A program made the translations under genes and the position numbers. From a virus (lineage: Duplodnaviria > Caudoviricetes), in IMG/VR virus record IMGVR_UViG_3300018839_000093, positions 1 through 56,972 of that record: 56,972 nucleotides of DNA; one strand, written 5' to 3'. Positions 25,980 to 35,080 of the stretch are shown one piece after another; positions within the stretch are counted from its first letter, which is position 1, and each line of letters opens with the position of its first letter. The notes under the pieces were generated by a model. The model was given only the letters and a program-made list of their open reading frames with translations, was not told where the DNA came from and did not search any database.

Positions 25980-27415
25980 TGACGTTCAAATACGTATCAT
26001 TATTTTCGGGCGTTGGCGGTTTTGAGCAGGCTTTAAACAAACTCGGAGGCACTTGCGTCATGGCATCCGAAATTGATAAATACGCGAATATTGCTTACGA
26101 AATTCTCTACGGACATAAGACGGTTGGCGATATTACGAAGGTAGCCGCCGAGGACGTGCCGGATCACGATTTACTTGTCGGCGGTTTTCCTTGCCAAGCG
26201 TTCAGCGTGGCGGGCAAACGTTTAGGCTTTGACGATACGCGCGGTACATTATTTTTCGAGATTGCCCGTATTGCGCAAGCGAAACGACCAAAAGCGCTAT
26301 TGCTCGAAAACGTAAAAGGTCTAGTCGGTCATGACAGGGGCAAGACGCTTGATACGATAGTTCAAACGCTTAATGACATCGGCTATACGGTTGATTTCGA
26401 GGTACTAAATTCGAAATATTTCGGCGTACCGCAGAACCGTGAGCGTATTTTTATTATCGGAATCCGCGACGATTTAATCGAGCAGACGCCGTGGAATATC
26501 GGCAAGCGAACGGATGTTGTCGCGAAGGGCAAACGAAGAATAGCGCAGATAGACGGCGTTAAAACGTTTAATTTCGATTGGCCGCCGCAAGAGGAAGTTA
26601 CGACGAGATTGCGTGACATACTCGAGCCTAACGTGGACGAGCGTTTTTATTTGAGCGAGGAAAAGACTGCGAAATTAGTGGCGCAGTTGGAGGATAAGAA
26701 CATTATGGAATCTACGGGTGTTGAGTATTCGCGAAAAACGGGTGTTGGTAGCACGCGAGAAATAGCAATTTGTCTATCCGCAAGTGATTGGCGCGGTCTC
26801 AACCGAAACCAAACGCAAACTGCGGTAGCAGAACCGCAAATTCTCGGTCACATCGACATAAAAGGTCATGACGCAATAAAAGGCGATTACAGCGCGGAAG
26901 GTGTATCGCCAACCTTAACGACAATGGGCGGAGGACATCGCGAGCCAAAGATTGCGGAAGTACGCCCCGTCCTAACGCCTGACCGCATGAATAAGCGACA
27001 AAATGGGCGTAGATTTAAAGATGATGGCGAAGAATCGTTTACACTTACCGCACAGGATCGTCACGGAATCGCCATTCGAGAAGCAACGAAACAAGGCTAC
27101 GCAGTCGCCGAGGAAGGCGACGCAGTTAATATCCAGTTTCCGAATAGCAAAACACGGCGCGGAAGGGTCGGAAAGCAAATCGCGCAAACGCTCGAGGCAA
27201 GCGGAATTAATCAAGTGGTAGTAACACCGCGCTATCGCATCCGTAAACTCACGCCGCGCGAGTGTTTCCGCCTTCAAGGGTTTCCGGATTCAGAGTTCGA
27301 TAAGCTGGCGGCAAACGGCATTTCGAATTCGCAACTTTACAAAATGGCGGGCAACGCGGTCACGGTAAACGTAATAGACGCGATAGGTAGGCGTCTATTA
27401 CCGTTCATCCACTAA
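25979..27415 (+). CDS. DNA (cytosine-5) methyltransferase with a long variable region
   Basis: SLFSGVGG, GFPCQ, ENV, PQNRERIF, LTPRECFRLQGFPD, GNAV. Confidence 0.93.
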   Translation: MTFKYVSLFSGVGGFEQALNKLGGTCVMASEIDKYANIAYEILYGHKTVGDITKVAAEDVPDHDLLVGGFPCQAFSVAGKRLGFDDTRGTLFFEIARIAQAKRPKALLLENVKGLVGHDRGKTLDTIVQTLNDIGYTVDFEVLNSKYFGVPQNRERIFIIGIRDDLIEQTPWNIGKRTDVVAKGKRRIAQIDGVKTFNFDWPPQEEVTTRLRDILEPNVDERFYLSEEKTAKLVAQLEDKNIMESTGVEYSRKTGVGSTREIAICLSASDWRGLNRNQTQTAVAEPQILGHIDIKGHDAIKGDYSAEGVSPTLTTMGGGHREPKIAEVRPVLTPDRMNKRQNGRRFKDDGEESFTLTAQDRHGIAIREATKQGYAVAEEGDAVNIQFPNSKTRRGRVGKQIAQTLEASGINQVVVTPRYRIRKLTPRECFRLQGFPDSEFDKLAANGISNSQLYKMAGNAVTVNVIDAIGRRLLPFIH

Positions 27416-27763
27416 ATCAAACGCTCGCCAGCGCACGCCGTTATAATCGACGAATCCGACGTCCTCGAACATAAATGGCGCATCCGCCAAGTTAAGCGCC
27501 AACTTACGCGCAATATGCTTGCCGACGCCACTAACGTAGCCGCGCTTGTCTACTTTGGCGGCGGTGGCGTTCGCGGCTTTAGCGAGTTCTTGTTTGGCGA
27601 TGCCGATGCGCTTTAAATCGACGTCGACCGACGTTACGACGTATTGATAAGCGCTTACTTTTAATTCCGCTTTGGCGGCGCTATTTAAACGCAGGCGTCC
27701 GTATTTGTCGATAGATAGATAACTTTGACGATTGCCTACGACAATGATCGGTTCTAATGGCAC
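27398..27763 (-). CDS. Hypothetical protein, possibly AbrB/MraZ-like
   Basis: AAGGAGTGA RBS; LSIDKYGRLRL and KVDKRG strands. Confidence 0.6.
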   Translation of the reverse strand: MPLEPIIVVGNRQSYLSIDKYGRLRLNSAAKAELKVSAYQYVVTSVDVDLKRIGIAKQELAKAANATAAKVDKRGYVSGVGKHIARKLALNLADAPFMFEDVGFVDYNGVRWRAFDLVDER

Positions 27764-27827
27764 GGTTAAATCACTCCTTTAACGCTATTATATGCGAGGA
27801 GTAAACGAAATGCAAGGGGGCGGAAAT

Positions 27828-28550
27828 TTGAATAAATTTAACGAATTATTAGGAGTACGTGACAATTACGAAGCACCGTCTAAATTAATGGCGATTCTTT
27901 ACGATAAAGAACGACGTGAATTGCTATTCCGCGAGTTTTTAGAAGCGTTCAATTATGACGTTTCATATGATTGGTTTCACGAATATTTCCAATCCGAGCA
28001 TGCGGACCGCCGCGTTAAAAAGCAAGACTTTACGCCTCAAAGTGTCGCTAATCTATTAGCGCATTTAGTGGGCGACCATAATAACGGCCTTCATTATGAA
28101 CCTTGCGCAGGCACTGGCGGGATGACAATAGCTGCGTGGAATCGAGATCGCTATCAGCATAGCCCGTTTGACTATCGTCCATCATGGTACGTTTATCATT
28201 GCGAAGAATTGAGCGACCGTGCCATTCCGTTCTTGTTGTTCAATCTGATTATACGTGGAATGAACGCTGTTGTTGTGCATGGCGACGTCCTTTCACGAAA
28301 ATCATACGGCGCATTTTTTGTACAAAACGACAAGGACGACCATTTGCAGTTTTCGTCGCTTAACGTATTGCCTTATTCGGAACAAGTAGCACGTCACTTA
28401 GCTGTTGAATGGGCGGAACATCGCTATCGTCCTCTAGTGGAATCGCCGGCGGAAATGCCTGCGCATATATTGAATCCGGTGCCTCGCGGACATGTTAGCG
28501 ATTTGACGCGGTTAGTCAATACGTTGGCAGGCGTAGAGGAGGCGGTCTAG
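27828..28550 (+). CDS. N6-methyltransferase-like SAM-binding protein
   Basis: QDFTP, EPCAGTGGM, HGDVL; no NPPF/DPPY motif seen. Confidence 0.7.
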   Translation: MNKFNELLGVRDNYEAPSKLMAILYDKERRELLFREFLEAFNYDVSYDWFHEYFQSEHADRRVKKQDFTPQSVANLLAHLVGDHNNGLHYEPCAGTGGMTIAAWNRDRYQHSPFDYRPSWYVYHCEELSDRAIPFLLFNLIIRGMNAVVVHGDVLSRKSYGAFFVQNDKDDHLQFSSLNVLPYSEQVARHLAVEWAEHRYRPLVESPAEMPAHILNPVPRGHVSDLTRLVNTLAGVEEAV

Positions 28551-29179
28551 TGGGCGCGGTTAAAACGCATTTACCGCCGCTGGAAGTATTTGAACGCTAC
28601 GAGCCGCGCGTACAATTCAATTTAATTCGGGGTTATCATCGCAAGATGGCCGCAAAGCACCGATGGTTTATTCGCGAATTTGAAGGCGATTGCTACTATA
28701 TGGACGGAGATGAACTTCCGAAAATAGACGCAGTATCATACGAAATATTTGACTGCTGGTGGACGCCGACAGAATGGAACATTAGGCCCTATATTTACCG
28801 CATTTTTAATGATGTAGTAACGGAAGAATATCGTGCCGAACGGTCGCTTCCGTTTCCGGACAATCATGTTGGCTTGACGGTCGGCTATCGGCGAAATGGC
28901 GAATGGATATGGAAGTATTATGACGAGGGCATGCGTACATTTCATCGTACAAAAGAAGGATGGTACACGCTGAATAATGGTATTTATACGCGGTATTATG
29001 CGAGTGATGGACGCATATTAATTGGAACATTTGGAAATGAAATACCGGTCAAAGGCGTTTTAAATGGCGAAATATTGCCAGTATTAAAAGGAATGAAGGC
29101 GAAGAAATGGCGAGGATTTTATGACGATGATATAGAGCATGTTCTACAAACAGTTAGCATAGATCGGAGGTATTTGTAA
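28550..29179 (+). CDS. Aromatic-rich hypothetical protein
   Basis: GAGGAGG RBS; N-terminus MGAVKT duplicated from the next gene. Confidence 0.7.
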   Translation: MGAVKTHLPPLEVFERYEPRVQFNLIRGYHRKMAAKHRWFIREFEGDCYYMDGDELPKIDAVSYEIFDCWWTPTEWNIRPYIYRIFNDVVTEEYRAERSLPFPDNHVGLTVGYRRNGEWIWKYYDEGMRTFHRTKEGWYTLNNGIYTRYYASDGRILIGTFGNEIPVKGVLNGEILPVLKGMKAKKWRGFYDDDIEHVLQTVSIDRRYL

Positions 29180-29569
29180 ATGGGCGCAGTTAAAACGGAC
29201 ACTAACGCCAACGAACGCGCACTAGAATCACGCTACATGGCGCTAGATAATGCGGACGGCGTCCGACGGCTTTTGCGCGACGTTCATGCGTTGCACGAGC
29301 GCCAATATGCCGGCGATTATGATGCCGTCGTGCTGCTGGCGGATTTAGAAACGGCAATCGAGCGCGCGGGCTTGACCGAGCGACAGCGTCAGGCACTAGC
29401 GCTTGTATATGGCGCGGATATGACGCAAGAAAAAGCAGGCGAGCAACTCGGCATTTCGCGGGAAGCGGTTAAAATTTACGTAGAAAGTGCGACTAAAAAG
29501 ATTGCGGAAGTGTACGAGGCGTGGGCGTGGATGGGCGAAGGGTATAGGAGGCAGACGAATGAATATTAA
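29180..29569 (+). CDS. Sigma-70 region-4-like HTH, candidate late activator
   Basis: LTERQRQALALVY...TQEKAGEQLGISREAV. Confidence 0.78.
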   Translation: MGAVKTDTNANERALESRYMALDNADGVRRLLRDVHALHERQYAGDYDAVVLLADLETAIERAGLTERQRQALALVYGADMTQEKAGEQLGISREAVKIYVESATKKIAEVYEAWAWMGEGYRRQTNEY

Positions 29570-29915
29570 CGTTAAAATAGATAAGCTATGGGCGGAAACG
29601 AAGGCGGGCAAGATACCGCGCGAGCAACGATTTAACGCGATTGAACGATTAATTGACGATTATATAGAGGCGCATGGCAAGCGACCCGAGCCGGCGCAGT
29701 TGGACCGACTAGCGACGCTATGTCTTTACGAGGAAGTGACGGATAATGACCGCATGAAAATGCGTAATAACGAGTTTCCAATCGCAAGCGACCGTCAACT
29801 TGAGAGGCGCGATGCAGAGTTGGTAGGCGAAACATGGGCGGAAAGTATTGCGGTGGATGGACGCGATCATGCGAAACAGACGAGGAATTATCGGCGTAAA
29901 TTACGGAATTTGTAA
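29559..29915 (+). CDS. Conserved phage protein
   Basis: AGGAGG RBS before ATG 29559. Confidence 0.65.
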   Translation: MNINVKIDKLWAETKAGKIPREQRFNAIERLIDDYIEAHGKRPEPAQLDRLATLCLYEEVTDNDRMKMRNNEFPIASDRQLERRDAELVGETWAESIAVDGRDHAKQTRNYRRKLRNL

Positions 29916-29974
29916 GGCGGATTATACCATTTTAGGACGTTTTGTGGCTATACCTAGTGAAGGAGAAAAGACGC

Positions 29975-30178
29975 CTAGTCTTTCCGCAAATTGCGAGATT
30001 TCTCGTAGACGATAACATCATCTTCGCAGAAAAGAGGTAGGCGCCCGTTATCTACACGCATAATTTCAGGCGGAAAGTCTGCGTGCCTAGTCGACCAATT
30101 ATTGACGACCTGGCGCGAGACTTTCCACCGCGTGGCTAAATCGGATTTAGATAAAAGTTTCGGAAAGTTTACGTCCAT
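29975..30178 (-). CDS. Small winged-HTH DNA-binding protein
   Basis: LSKSDLATRWKVSRQVVNNW...DFP. Confidence 0.75.
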   Translation of the reverse strand: MDVNFPKLLSKSDLATRWKVSRQVVNNWSTRHADFPPEIMRVDNGRLPLFCEDDVIVYEKSRNLRKD

Positions 30179-30405
30179 TTTGCGTACACCTTCCGAATGT
30201 CTGATTCCGTTGCTTTGCCTTCGATGAAGTCGACAATGGCGTCAATGACTTCGTCAAATCCAGCTTCGCCTATTTCCGATTTTAGGATGCGTTCTTGTTC
30301 GAGCATTATTTCGTTCCAATGAGCGCGTTCATTTCCGGTGCCGTGGATTTCTCCGAGTTGATGGTAGTGGATGTTAAGGTTGATTAAGCGGTCAAGTGTC
30401 GTCAT
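30169..30405 (-). CDS. Small acidic hypothetical protein
   Basis: Coupled to both neighbours in the reverse operon. Confidence 0.65.
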   Translation of the reverse strand: MTTLDRLINLNIHYHQLGEIHGTGNERAHWNEIMLEQERILKSEIGEAGFDEVIDAIVDFIEGKATESDIRKVYAKWT

Positions 30406-30593
30406 TATAACGCACATCCTAGATCGGATTTAATTTGTTTAGCGATACGTACATGTTGATTATATTCTTTGATAAGGTTGTTTTTGCTCCAAGCTGGACC
30501 ATTATGAGTTTCAATCATTTCTTTAATGCTAGCGGCGATTCTTTCAACTTTCGCTAATTCTTTTTTAAGTTCTTTGATTTGATATGTTTTCAT
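30405..30593 (-). CDS. Small hypothetical protein
   Basis: AAGGAG RBS, first gene after a strong promoter. Confidence 0.65.
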   Translation of the reverse strand: MKTYQIKELKKELAKVERIAASIKEMIETHNGPAWSKNNLIKEYNQHVRIAKQIKSDLGCAL

Positions 30594-30639
30594 TTTAATC
30601 GACTCCTTTAAATTTGATTTATCTTTACTTCTTGATTTT

Positions 30640-30670
30640 ATTATATCACCTATTGTTTACGCTGTAAACA
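30640..30670 (-). promoter_or_regulatory. SigA promoter overlapped by a palindromic operator
   Basis: TTTACA-17-TATAAT with extended TG on the minus strand; TGTTTAC-GCT-GTAAACA at 30654-30670. Confidence 0.8.
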
Positions 30671-30762
30671 CTTTTTTATTAAATTTTTTTATTTTTTACT
30701 GGAGCCGTGTTGGACGTTGACGTGCTAATTAACGTCTATATTTTTAAGGGCGGTGAAAACGA

Positions 30763-30960
30763 ATGAATATAATCGTATGCGATAATTGCCAGCGCAAAAT
30801 TTATACGGAAACTAATGGATTTAAATTAGGACAGCCGTTTATGCTAACGGTTACGCAGCAAGAAGGATTTAACGCATATAAGCACGACCTTAATCAAGAG
30901 CCGGTCCGGCATTTTTGCAGCAGACGATGTCTAGGCGAATATTATACGAATACTCCATAG
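30763..30960 (+). CDS. Small Cys-rich protein
   Basis: CDNC...HFCSRRC. Confidence 0.6.
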   Translation: MNIIVCDNCQRKIYTETNGFKLGQPFMLTVTQQEGFNAYKHDLNQEPVRHFCSRRCLGEYYTNTP

Positions 30961-30994
30961 TTCGGATGTAATAAAATTTAGGGCGGTGTATAAA

Positions 30995-31237
30995 ATGAGT
31001 TATCGGTTTAAATGGATTTATTTAGATAAAGAAAGACCGGAAGGTTGTTGTTACGATTGTAGAATGAAATACGGAGATTTTCCAGATATGATAATTCCAG
31101 ACGAACTGTGGGAGAAAATTAACCCAACACATGTAGATGGCGCAGGATTATTATGTCCTACTTGTATAGCAAATCGTCTTGATTATCTAGGTTTATGGTA
31201 TTCCGATAATTTATTTTCTCTATCAATTAAGAAATGA
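30995..31237 (+). CDS. Small Cys-rich AT-rich protein
   Basis: CYDC...LCPTC. Confidence 0.6.
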   Translation: MSYRFKWIYLDKERPEGCCYDCRMKYGDFPDMIIPDELWEKINPTHVDGAGLLCPTCIANRLDYLGLWYSDNLFSLSIKK

Positions 31238-31245
31238 AGTAAAAT

Positions 31246-31270
31246 GGCGGTGCTTCGGCGCTGCCTTTAT
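31246..31270 (+). terminator. Hairpin terminator with cUUCGg loop
   Basis: GGCGGTGC-TTCG-GCGCTGCC-TTTAT. Confidence 0.7.
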
Positions 31271-31295
31271 TAATTATTTTAACGGAGGCGATTAC

Positions 31296-31469
31296 GTGAA
31301 CGCACAGTATTTTTATTGCTATTCTCCGCGATTAAAAGAACGTTTGCTAGCGGAAGGCGAACGTTTTATTTGCGTCGGCTTGAACGAATCAACCGGCAAG
31401 AAGTTTTGGCTATTTCCGCAGACGGAACGGCTTGGCGCCGTCATAACGGAATGGAAAGCGCGCAAGTAG
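31296..31469 (+). CDS. 57-aa protein, DUF5659-like (not in ORF track)
   Basis: GGAGG RBS, GTG start; YFYCYSPRLKERL...GERFI...TGKKFWLF. Confidence 0.6.
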   Translation: MNAQYFYCYSPRLKERLLAEGERFICVGLNESTGKKFWLFPQTERLGAVITEWKARK

Positions 31470-31519
31470 CGCCATTTCCTTATTTTAAACGAACGACAGT
31501 ATAAACGGAGGATGATACG

Positions 31520-31957
31520 ATGGAGGACCGAAAAACGAACGCCCTGCCGTTTCAAACGACGATGGGCTTTGCGGCAATACCGACCGCCGTCTGCAAGTAT
31601 TACGTCAGGCATCCGAAATTTACGCCGGCCGTTGAGCGGATCTATCGCTATTTATTGCAGCGACACAATGCCGACTATGGCTATGCGTGGCCGAGTTGGT
31701 CGGTCATTATGCGCGAAACGAATATCGGATCAAAGCAGACGGTACAGCACGCGCTAGATGCGCTGGAATACCTCGAACTTATCAAGCGGAACAAGCACGA
31801 CAATGAAGGCGGATTTGCGAACAATTATTACGTGTTTTTGGCGCCGATTGAGGACGAGGACGAGTTTATGCGCAGATTTGGCGCAGAACTCGGACATAAG
31901 CGGAAAAAGAGCGCGCAGAAGAAGGCGGAAGATAACGATTTGGAGTCGTGGTTATGA
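31520..31957 (+). CDS. Second HTH_36-like initiator protein
   Basis: YAWPSWSVIMRETNIGSKQTVQHALDALEYLELI...NNYY; followed by iterons. Confidence 0.75.
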   Translation: MEDRKTNALPFQTTMGFAAIPTAVCKYYVRHPKFTPAVERIYRYLLQRHNADYGYAWPSWSVIMRETNIGSKQTVQHALDALEYLELIKRNKHDNEGGFANNYYVFLAPIEDEDEFMRRFGAELGHKRKKSAQKKAEDNDLESWL

Positions 31958-31962
31958 CGTAC

Positions 31963-32024
31963 CCTAGTACGATAATCGTACCACCTAGTACGATAAGTGT
32001 ACCGCCCTAGTACGATAATCGTAC
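31963..32024 (+). repeat. 3 palindromic iterons, putative origin B
   Basis: CCTAGTACGATAA(TC/GT)GTAC at 31963, 31984 and 32006, then an AT-rich TATATATAAATA tract (32027-32072). Confidence 0.85.
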
Positions 32025-32631
32025 TCTATATATCTTTATATATAAATATCTATATATAAATACTTATATATTTGCGTCCATATTCGCTTACGCTCATATG
32101 TCCGCGGATTATTTATTTTTAAATAATAGCGAAAGTATATACATGTATGGGTATCTTCGCTGATGTTTTTATATGAAAGATTATTCGAAGAAGTATAGGG
32201 ATAGGTTGGCCGCCGCTATATTTGCGAGGTAGTGGCGGTAAGTCCACTCGGCTTTTTGTTCGCATAATAGCCCGCATATTACGTTTCAATATCCGCGGGT
32301 TTCATTTAATAGTAGGAACGCGTCAATGGGCGGTTATGTGCCGTAATAGGTCGGCGGGGCATATGCACGGTCTATTTCCGCTAAATCATCTGCGAGCGCC
32401 CGTCCGAGCGGACGACCGTTCCAAACTCGAGGGGCTAGCCGATCATATGCCCGCTTTTATGCAGATTATATGCACGCGCGGACCGTCCGCCTTATGCAAA
32501 AAGTACGGGAAATAATCGGCATGCTGGGCGCTATAACCCGCGCCATACCTAGCGTGTATAAAACCGTGCATAATCGATAAAATTTGAACGTGCTGAAAAC
32601 GTTGATTTGACGCGGTTTTTGAGAACGGTCA

Positions 32632-32659
32632 ACTTCCCGAAATTAATATTATGTAAACT
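32632..32659 (+). other. dif-like Xer (CodV/RipX) recombination site
   Basis: ACTTCCCGAAA-TTAATA-TTATGTAAACT versus B. subtilis dif ACTTCCTAGAA-TATATA-TTATGTAAACT as recalled (23/28, right arm identical). Confidence 0.85.
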
Positions 32660-32851
32660 ATATTCCGCATGTTTATACCGATTTTTGCATGCGGTTTTTT
32701 GTATTTATGCAAATAAACGTAAATTTAAAACGTTTCTTGGACGGAAAGCCGCATACCCCCAAGCACCCCTTCCGCGAGGGCCGCGACTGACGTTCAGAAC
32801 TTGCGCACAATTTTTCGTACTCGATACGCTAACGAAAGGAGGAAACGCGAA

Positions 32852-34606
32852 ATGGCATACGTAAATGGCGAATGGCTCGACCGCAACCAACGCGCCAAAC
32901 GCATCGATTTGCTAACGGAACGCATACGCAAACTAGCGGCACTAATCAAGGCGGGCAAAGCAACGGACTACCACGTCGATACCTTCCGCAAAGATAAGGC
33001 GGAATTAGTCAAGCTAAAACGCGTACATCGGGCGGAAGTAGACATCGCCTATTTCACGTATGAATATTTAAGCGACGCAGCGAATCCGGAAAATGACGAC
33101 AATGTCATAAGGCACGCGGACGATGGCACGCCGCATGATCCAATTGAAAAAATAGCGCCGATTCATCGGGAATTTTACGACCTTTGCGACTACGTGAACG
33201 ACGTTGATCGTAATGCGCGTCTAGCCATAGCGGCCGCGCGTGGACATAATAAGTCCGGTACATTTTCGAACGCGTTTCCGTTGCACCAGGTCGCCTATCG
33301 TAAGCGTAAATACGTGCTGATAATTTCGGAAACGGACTCGCTATCGAAAAAATTAATCGGATGGATAAACAAGCAGCTTAAATTCAATCAAAAGCTGCGC
33401 GACGATTTTGGACCGTTAATGCACGAGCAAGCGACGCGCAACGAAAAGGATAACGAAGAAGCATTCATCACCGCGACAAATACATTGGTTGAAGCGTCCT
33501 CCGCAGGTAAGCAATTACGCGGTAAAAGGCACGGTGCGCGCCGCCCTGACCTCGTCATTATAGACGACCCTTCGTCCATGAACAACGAAGGCACAAAAGA
33601 AGCGCGAGAAAAGTTAGTTCATTGGTTTAACTCGGTCGTGGTTCCGATCGGTTCGAAATCGACGGCAATCGTTTTGGTCGGAACGATGGTAAGCGCGACA
33701 GGGCTACTAAACCACGTACTAAAGCGCAAAGATTTTAAATCGTCGTTTCACGGCGCCGTTATTAGCGAGCCAGCCAATCCGAAGCTATGGGACGAATATT
33801 GCGAACTTTATGCGCGTGCGGAATCAATGGAAGAAGTCGACGCATTTTATGAGGCGAACAAAGATGCTCTTGAGGAAGGCATTGAACTCGCGTGGCCGTG
33901 GCGGTGGTCTTATCGCGCACTTATGCACGAAAAGGTAAACATGGGAACACGCGCATACAATTCGGAATATCGTAATCTAGCATTTAGCGAGGACGAGCAA
34001 TTCTTCTTTCCGGAAAACTATGCGAAATATCATTATTATCATGAGAACGGCGTTACGTTCGTTGTTTACGAGGATTTAAAGATTCCGCTTAATGATTTAT
34101 TCGTCGTCGGCGCATGGGATATTGCGATGGGTAAAAATAAGCGGTCGGACTATAACTCTATCGTTATTGTAGGCAAGCACGCGCCGACCGGTCATATTTT
34201 CGTGCTAGACGAACACTCAACGAAAGAACCTGCGCACGTTTATATCGATGTATGCTTGGAGAAAATCAAGCGATTTAATATTCGTGTCTTTTGCGTAGAA
34301 ACAATAAACGCCTATCACGAATTCTACCGCCAATTACAGGAAAAGGCGCGCGCCAAAGGAATCTATCGTTGTCGCATTGACGATATAAAATCACATAAAT
34401 CATCGAAGGAACAACGGATTGAATCGCTCGAGCCATTATTCCATAATAAAACGCTTATTTTGAACGATAGACATACGTTGCTGCTCGATCAATTAGCGCA
34501 ATACCCGTTCGGCGACCACGACGATGCTCCGGACGCACTTGCAACCGCCGTAAGCAACGTATTTAAGCCGAAAGCAAGGGTAACGACAAAGCCAACGTAT
34601 TTATAA
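32852..34606 (+). CDS. terL: Terminase large subunit
   Basis: ARGHNKS, LRG, IIDD, GT, nuclease WDIA...SDY and HDDAPDA; AAGGAGG RBS. Confidence 0.92.
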   Translation: MAYVNGEWLDRNQRAKRIDLLTERIRKLAALIKAGKATDYHVDTFRKDKAELVKLKRVHRAEVDIAYFTYEYLSDAANPENDDNVIRHADDGTPHDPIEKIAPIHREFYDLCDYVNDVDRNARLAIAAARGHNKSGTFSNAFPLHQVAYRKRKYVLIISETDSLSKKLIGWINKQLKFNQKLRDDFGPLMHEQATRNEKDNEEAFITATNTLVEASSAGKQLRGKRHGARRPDLVIIDDPSSMNNEGTKEAREKLVHWFNSVVVPIGSKSTAIVLVGTMVSATGLLNHVLKRKDFKSSFHGAVISEPANPKLWDEYCELYARAESMEEVDAFYEANKDALEEGIELAWPWRWSYRALMHEKVNMGTRAYNSEYRNLAFSEDEQFFFPENYAKYHYYHENGVTFVVYEDLKIPLNDLFVVGAWDIAMGKNKRSDYNSIVIVGKHAPTGHIFVLDEHSTKEPAHVYIDVCLEKIKRFNIRVFCVETINAYHEFYRQLQEKARAKGIYRCRIDDIKSHKSSKEQRIESLEPLFHNKTLILNDRHTLLLDQLAQYPFGDHDDAPDALATAVSNVFKPKARVTTKPTYL

Positions 34607-34623
34607 AAGGAGGATGATAAAAC

Positions 34624-35061
34624 GTGTCTACAAGGCGATTAAAGGCGTTAGAAGCGAAATTAGACGCAAGAAAACGAAAGGCAGCGTATTTACTAGTAGA
34701 AAATGAATTACGCGAAACGGGCGACAAACGTTCGCAAGAAGATATAGCGAAAGAGGTCGGCGTTGTTTATAAAACGCTATGGGAGTGGCGGACGAAAGAC
34801 CCAGTATTTATCGAATATAAAAATGCGCTAGCGGACGACTTCCTTGCGGAAAAGCGTGCGCATGTTTACGCGCAATTGATGAAACTAATCGACGGACCGC
34901 AGCCGTCTGTTAAGGCGCTAGATTTATATTTGCGCCGTTTCGGATTACTCACGGAAAAACAAGTTCAAATTACGGAAGATAGCGGAAGCAACCGCAGTAA
35001 CGATGATTTAGAAAAAGAACTCGAGGAATTGGACGAGCTATTAGGCGACGACGAACAATAA
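34624..35061 (+). CDS. phBC6A51-type HTH protein, candidate terminase small subunit
   Basis: SQEDIAKEVGVVYKTLWEWR; lies between terL and portal. Confidence 0.7.
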   Translation: MSTRRLKALEAKLDARKRKAAYLLVENELRETGDKRSQEDIAKEVGVVYKTLWEWRTKDPVFIEYKNALADDFLAEKRAHVYAQLMKLIDGPQPSVKALDLYLRRFGLLTEKQVQITEDSGSNRSNDDLEKELEELDELLGDDEQ

Positions 35062-35080
35062 ACGAAAGGAGGTCGCATGA

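Noticed and set aside
31316-31757. ORFs 31316..31504, 31319..31612 and 31512..31757
   Set aside because: Alternative frames of better-supported genes at 31296 and 31520
32222-32890. ORFs 32222..32515, 32607..32864 and 32705..32890
   Set aside because: No RBS, atypical composition; one overlaps the dif site and others the terL start
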